Assembly: GCA_041690395.1 (NCBI GenBank)
Contig: JAWLHJ010000003.1
Coordinates: forward strand, 480,001-544,000
Length of the DNA: 64,000 nt
Reading direction: 5' to 3'
Source of the DNA: Longimicrobiales bacterium
GTDB lineage: Bacteria > Gemmatimonadota > Gemmatimonadetes > Longimicrobiales > Gaopeijiaceae
Shown here in pieces: positions 60,907 to 64,000 of this stretch. A model generated the notes under the pieces. That model was not told the DNA's origin, did not search any database, and saw only the letters and a program-made list of their open reading frames with translations. A program made the translations under genes and the position numbers. Position 1 is the stretch's first letter; each line of letters opens with the position of its first letter.

Positions 60907-63900
60907 CGGCGGGACCCGGCGGAGCCGGGCGGTGGGGTTCCACCTGCCCCGGCGCGCAACTCGTCGTACAGGGCGACCGTGGCCCGGTCGGGCTCGACGC
61001 CCAGCTCGTCCCGGAGGAGGACGCGGAGGGTCTCGTAGAGACGGAGTGCCTCGGTGCGGGCGCCGGTCCGCGCCATGCAGACCATGAGCTGCCGGCCCGC
61101 CTCCTCGTGCAGTCGGTCCGACGCCAGAACGGTCCGGAACGCCTCCGCGGCCGGCGCGAACCGCTCCCGCGAGACCTCGAAGAGCCCCAGCGCCATGAGC
61201 GCGTCGTGGCGGCATCTTCTCAGCCGCTCACGAAGCTCGAGGTGCCAGTCCCCGGCCGTCTCCCCCTCCAGGAAGTCCCCCCGGTAGAGGGCCAGGGCCG
61301 CCCGGAGGCGCTCCGCGGCATCGGACCGGTCCAGGGGGCGGCGGAGGATCGCTTCGATGCCCCGCTCGAACCGTTCCACGTCGAAGTCGACGGTGAGACT
61401 CGAATCCAGGCGGTAACGGTCGCCAGCCACCACGATCCAATCGGGACGGCCCAGGGCCTTTCGCAGACGATGCAGCGTCACGTGGAAGCTGTTCTTCACC
61501 TGCGACGCCGACGCGTCCGGCCAGAACGCCAGCCCGACCTGCTCGCGGGTGCGACCGTCCGCATGGCACAGGAGGAGCAGCAGGAGCTCGCGAGGCTTAC
61601 CGGACACGAAGGCCTCGCCCGGCAGGGGGCGCTCACCCACCAGGATCTCCAGTGGGCCGAGGGCCCGAACCCGAAGATCCGCCTCGTCGGACGGGCCGAA
61701 CCCCATAGGATCCGGAACGACCTCACCGGCGGCGTCCTGGTCGGCCTCCTTGTCCGGGCCCCCGACGACCGGGGTCGCGGGATCGACCGGCGAGCGCACG
61801 ACCGTCGACAGGATCGCTTGAACGGACGTGGCGGACCCCTCCGCCCGGGCACCCTCGAACGTCCCGGCGCCGAGGCCGTCTCGGAGGTCGTCCACCAGGC
61901 GCTGGCGCTCCGCCTGTTCGTGCGGGGCCGGCACGGCGCCGATGTCGGAGCGGATCCCGTCGGCCGCGCCCATGAGACGGGCCGCGAGCTCCCCCTGCCC
62001 CCGCATGGCCAGGAGCAGCGTCCCCACCTCGGCGGCCTGCAGGAGGCCCCACCGGTCTTCGTGGCGGAGCAGGAGCGGAATCGCTTCCGCGAGACACTCG
62101 CGAGCGCCGTCCGGGTCGCCCTGCAGCATGAGCGTCCGGGCCAGAGCGGTGAGCGGATGTCCGATGCTCGGATGGCTCCCGAAGCGCCGCGCCACGCCCA
62201 CCGAGGTCTGGTAGGCTGCCCGCGCCGTGTCGAGATCGCCGTGGGTCTGGGCAACCACCCCCCGCCAGTAGCTTCCGAACGCGTAAAGGAGCGCCCGCGG
62301 GAAATCGTCCGGAGGGAAGCGAGCGGGATCGCCGAGGGCGGCCTCCGCCTCGCCGAACAGCCGCCCCGAGGTGCCCGCGTCACCTCCCAGCCCCACGATC
62401 GTGGCGAGGCCCGACAGGGCGAAGGCCAGGTCCGTCGGCGCGCCCTCCGTCCGCAACAGCTCGACCGCCTCCTCCATGGGGCCCCGCACCGCTCCGTGAT
62501 CCCCCATCCAGAAGGCCAGGTACCCCAGGGCCGTCAGCGCACGTCCCCGAAGCCGCGGCGATGCGGAGCCGTCCGTGGCCAGGGCGGCTTCCAGCCGGCG
62601 ACGGGATTCCCCGAAATGACCGACGGCGAAGTGGAGCCAGTGGAGGGCCGCGCCGAACCGGAGCTCCAGCACGGCCCGCGCTTCCCCCTCCGCGCACCAC
62701 GCCATGGCCGCCCTGAGGTTCCCGTGCTCCCGCTCGAGGCGGTTCATCCAGGGCGTGCCGCGTGTGCCCCCCAGCACATGGGGCTCGGCCGTCTCGGCCA
62801 GATCGAGGAAGAAGCCGGCGTGGCGCCGTCGTAGCTCCTCGACGTCGTCACCCTCCAGGAGGCGTTCCTGGGCGTACTGACGCACGGTCTCGAGGAGCGC
62901 GTAGCGAGCCTCTCCCTGTTCCTCGCTCACCGCCACGAGTGACCGGTCGACGAGGCCCGAGAGCAGGTCCAGCACGTCCTCTGGACGGATGGGCTCGTAG
63001 GCCGTCACGGCTTCCGCCGCGTCCAGCGTGAAGCCGCCAGCGAAGACGGAGAGCCGCCGCATGAGGCATCGCTCTTCCGACGAGAGGAGCGTGTAACTCC
63101 AGTCGATGAGCGCGCGGAGCGTCCGGTGGCGCGGCAACACGACGTGAGAGCTGCTCGAGAGCAGATCGAGCATGGAGTCGAGGCGGCCGGCCAGCTGCTC
63201 CGGCGACAGCACGCGCAGGCGGGCGGCAGCGAGTTCCAGGGCCAGGGGAAGCCCGTCCAACATCCGGCAGATGCGGACCACGGCGGAGGCGTTCTCGGCG
63301 GTGAGCGTGAAGCCGGGCATCGCGTCCTGCGCACGCTCCACGAACAACCGCACCGAAGCCGCCTCGAGAGCCGCCGGGGTGTCTCCGGCCGGAACGTCCA
63401 GAGGCGGCACCGGCCAGACCTTCTCTCCGGCGATGCCCAACGCCTGGCGGCTGGTCACGACGACGTGCAACGCGGGACAGTCCCGTAGAAGCGCGTCCAC
63501 GAGCCGCGCACAGGCCTCGATCAGGTGCTCGCAGTTGTCCAACACCAGAAGGGGCGAACCCTCCCCCAGAACGTCCGCCAGGATCGCGAAGCTGGTGGCC
63601 CCCGCGTGCTCCCGGAGCCCCAGGCTGCAGGCCGCATGCTCGCCGACGAGCTCGGGCTCCCGGAGGGTCGTCAGGTCGATCCAGGCGACCGGGGTGTCGG
63701 GGCGACTTCCCACGGCTTCCGCCACCGCAGCGGCGAGACGGGTCTTTCCACTGCCTCCTGCCCCCACGAGGGAAATCAGGCGGCGACTCCGGAGGAGACG
63801 ACGGATCTCCGCGATCTCCCGGTCGCGACCGACCTGGGCGGTGAGGTAGGCAGGGACCCGGGCGGACGCGGGAAACGCGGTCGCTCGGGCACGCATGCGC

Positions 63901-63908
63901 GAGGGCAT
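60903..63908 (-). CDS. STAND-type ATPase / TPR / C-terminal OmpR-like HTH + BTAD transcriptional regulator
   Basis: GAGGSGKT, LVLDNCEHL, LDGLPLALELAAAR, RHRTLRALIDWSY; TPR-like region; LRVRALGPL, FWPD, LHRLRKALG, LYRGDFL, ELGVEP. Confidence 0.9.
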   Translation of the reverse strand: MPSRMRARATAFPASARVPAYLTAQVGRDREIAEIRRLLRSRRLISLVGAGGSGKTRLAAAVAEAVGSRPDTPVAWIDLTTLREPELVGEHAACSLGLREHAGATSFAILADVLGEGSPLLVLDNCEHLIEACARLVDALLRDCPALHVVVTSRQALGIAGEKVWPVPPLDVPAGDTPAALEAASVRLFVERAQDAMPGFTLTAENASAVVRICRMLDGLPLALELAAARLRVLSPEQLAGRLDSMLDLLSSSSHVVLPRHRTLRALIDWSYTLLSSEERCLMRRLSVFAGGFTLDAAEAVTAYEPIRPEDVLDLLSGLVDRSLVAVSEEQGEARYALLETVRQYAQERLLEGDDVEELRRRHAGFFLDLAETAEPHVLGGTRGTPWMNRLEREHGNLRAAMAWCAEGEARAVLELRFGAALHWLHFAVGHFGESRRRLEAALATDGSASPRLRGRALTALGYLAFWMGDHGAVRGPMEEAVELLRTEGAPTDLAFALSGLATIVGLGGDAGTSGRLFGEAEAALGDPARFPPDDFPRALLYAFGSYWRGVVAQTHGDLDTARAAYQTSVGVARRFGSHPSIGHPLTALARTLMLQGDPDGARECLAEAIPLLLRHEDRWGLLQAAEVGTLLLAMRGQGELAARLMGAADGIRSDIGAVPAPHEQAERQRLVDDLRDGLGAGTFEGARAEGSATSVQAILSTVVRSPVDPATPVVGGPDKEADQDAAGEVVPDPMGFGPSDEADLRVRALGPLEILVGERPLPGEAFVSGKPRELLLLLLCHADGRTREQVGLAFWPDASASQVKNSFHVTLHRLRKALGRPDWIVVAGDRYRLDSSLTVDFDVERFERGIEAILRRPLDRSDAAERLRAALALYRGDFLEGETAGDWHLELRERLRRCRHDALMALGLFEVSRERFAPAAEAFRTVLASDRLHEEAGRQLMVCMARTGARTEALRLYETLRVLLRDELGVEPDRATVALYDELRAGAGGTPPPGSAGSRR

Positions 63909-64000
63909 CGGCAGTGCCGGGTGAGCTGTGGATAGCCGGTGGCCGGGCGCTCCTCACGGCGTTCGGTCCCGTGCTTCTACTTGACGCGTCGCGGGCGGCG

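Overview
High-GC bacterial chromosome segment, probably Gemmatimonadota (inferred from gene content and PadR/duplicated-permease pairs; no search was run). 1-25.3 kb: minus-strand housekeeping genes, mostly translationally coupled (nusB, rib genes, purM, argS, methylmalonyl-CoA mutase and acyl-CoA carboxylase subunits, rlmD, rpsA, cmk, aroA, tyrA, rnz). 25.4-39.6 kb: osmo/stress block with sucrose synthase, a three-domain fructokinase-like/sucrose-phosphate synthase/HAD phosphatase fusion, a divergent HAD phosphatase, CBS and GGDEF proteins, msrPQ, a methyltransferase and an osmoprotectant-type ABC importer. 39.8-64 kb: accessory region with recQ, secreted proteins and lipoproteins, an S9 peptidase, tRNA-Leu(TAA), two PadR + duplicated-permease pairs, an AAA+/DUF4143-type gene, a DUF3618-type trio and a STAND ATPase with a C-terminal SARP module. 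Best candidates for undescribed biology: (1) the sucrose-cycle triple fusion; (2) the STAND-SARP regulator whose stop codon lies within three 11-bp-phased repeats in front of a His/Met-rich lipoprotein gene; (3) a double palindromic operator at the start of the AAA+/nuclease gene; (4) a 164-bp non-coding element present in two diverged copies 18 kb apart. No CRISPR array, rRNA, integrase or transposase was seen. All assignments come from reading motifs by eye.
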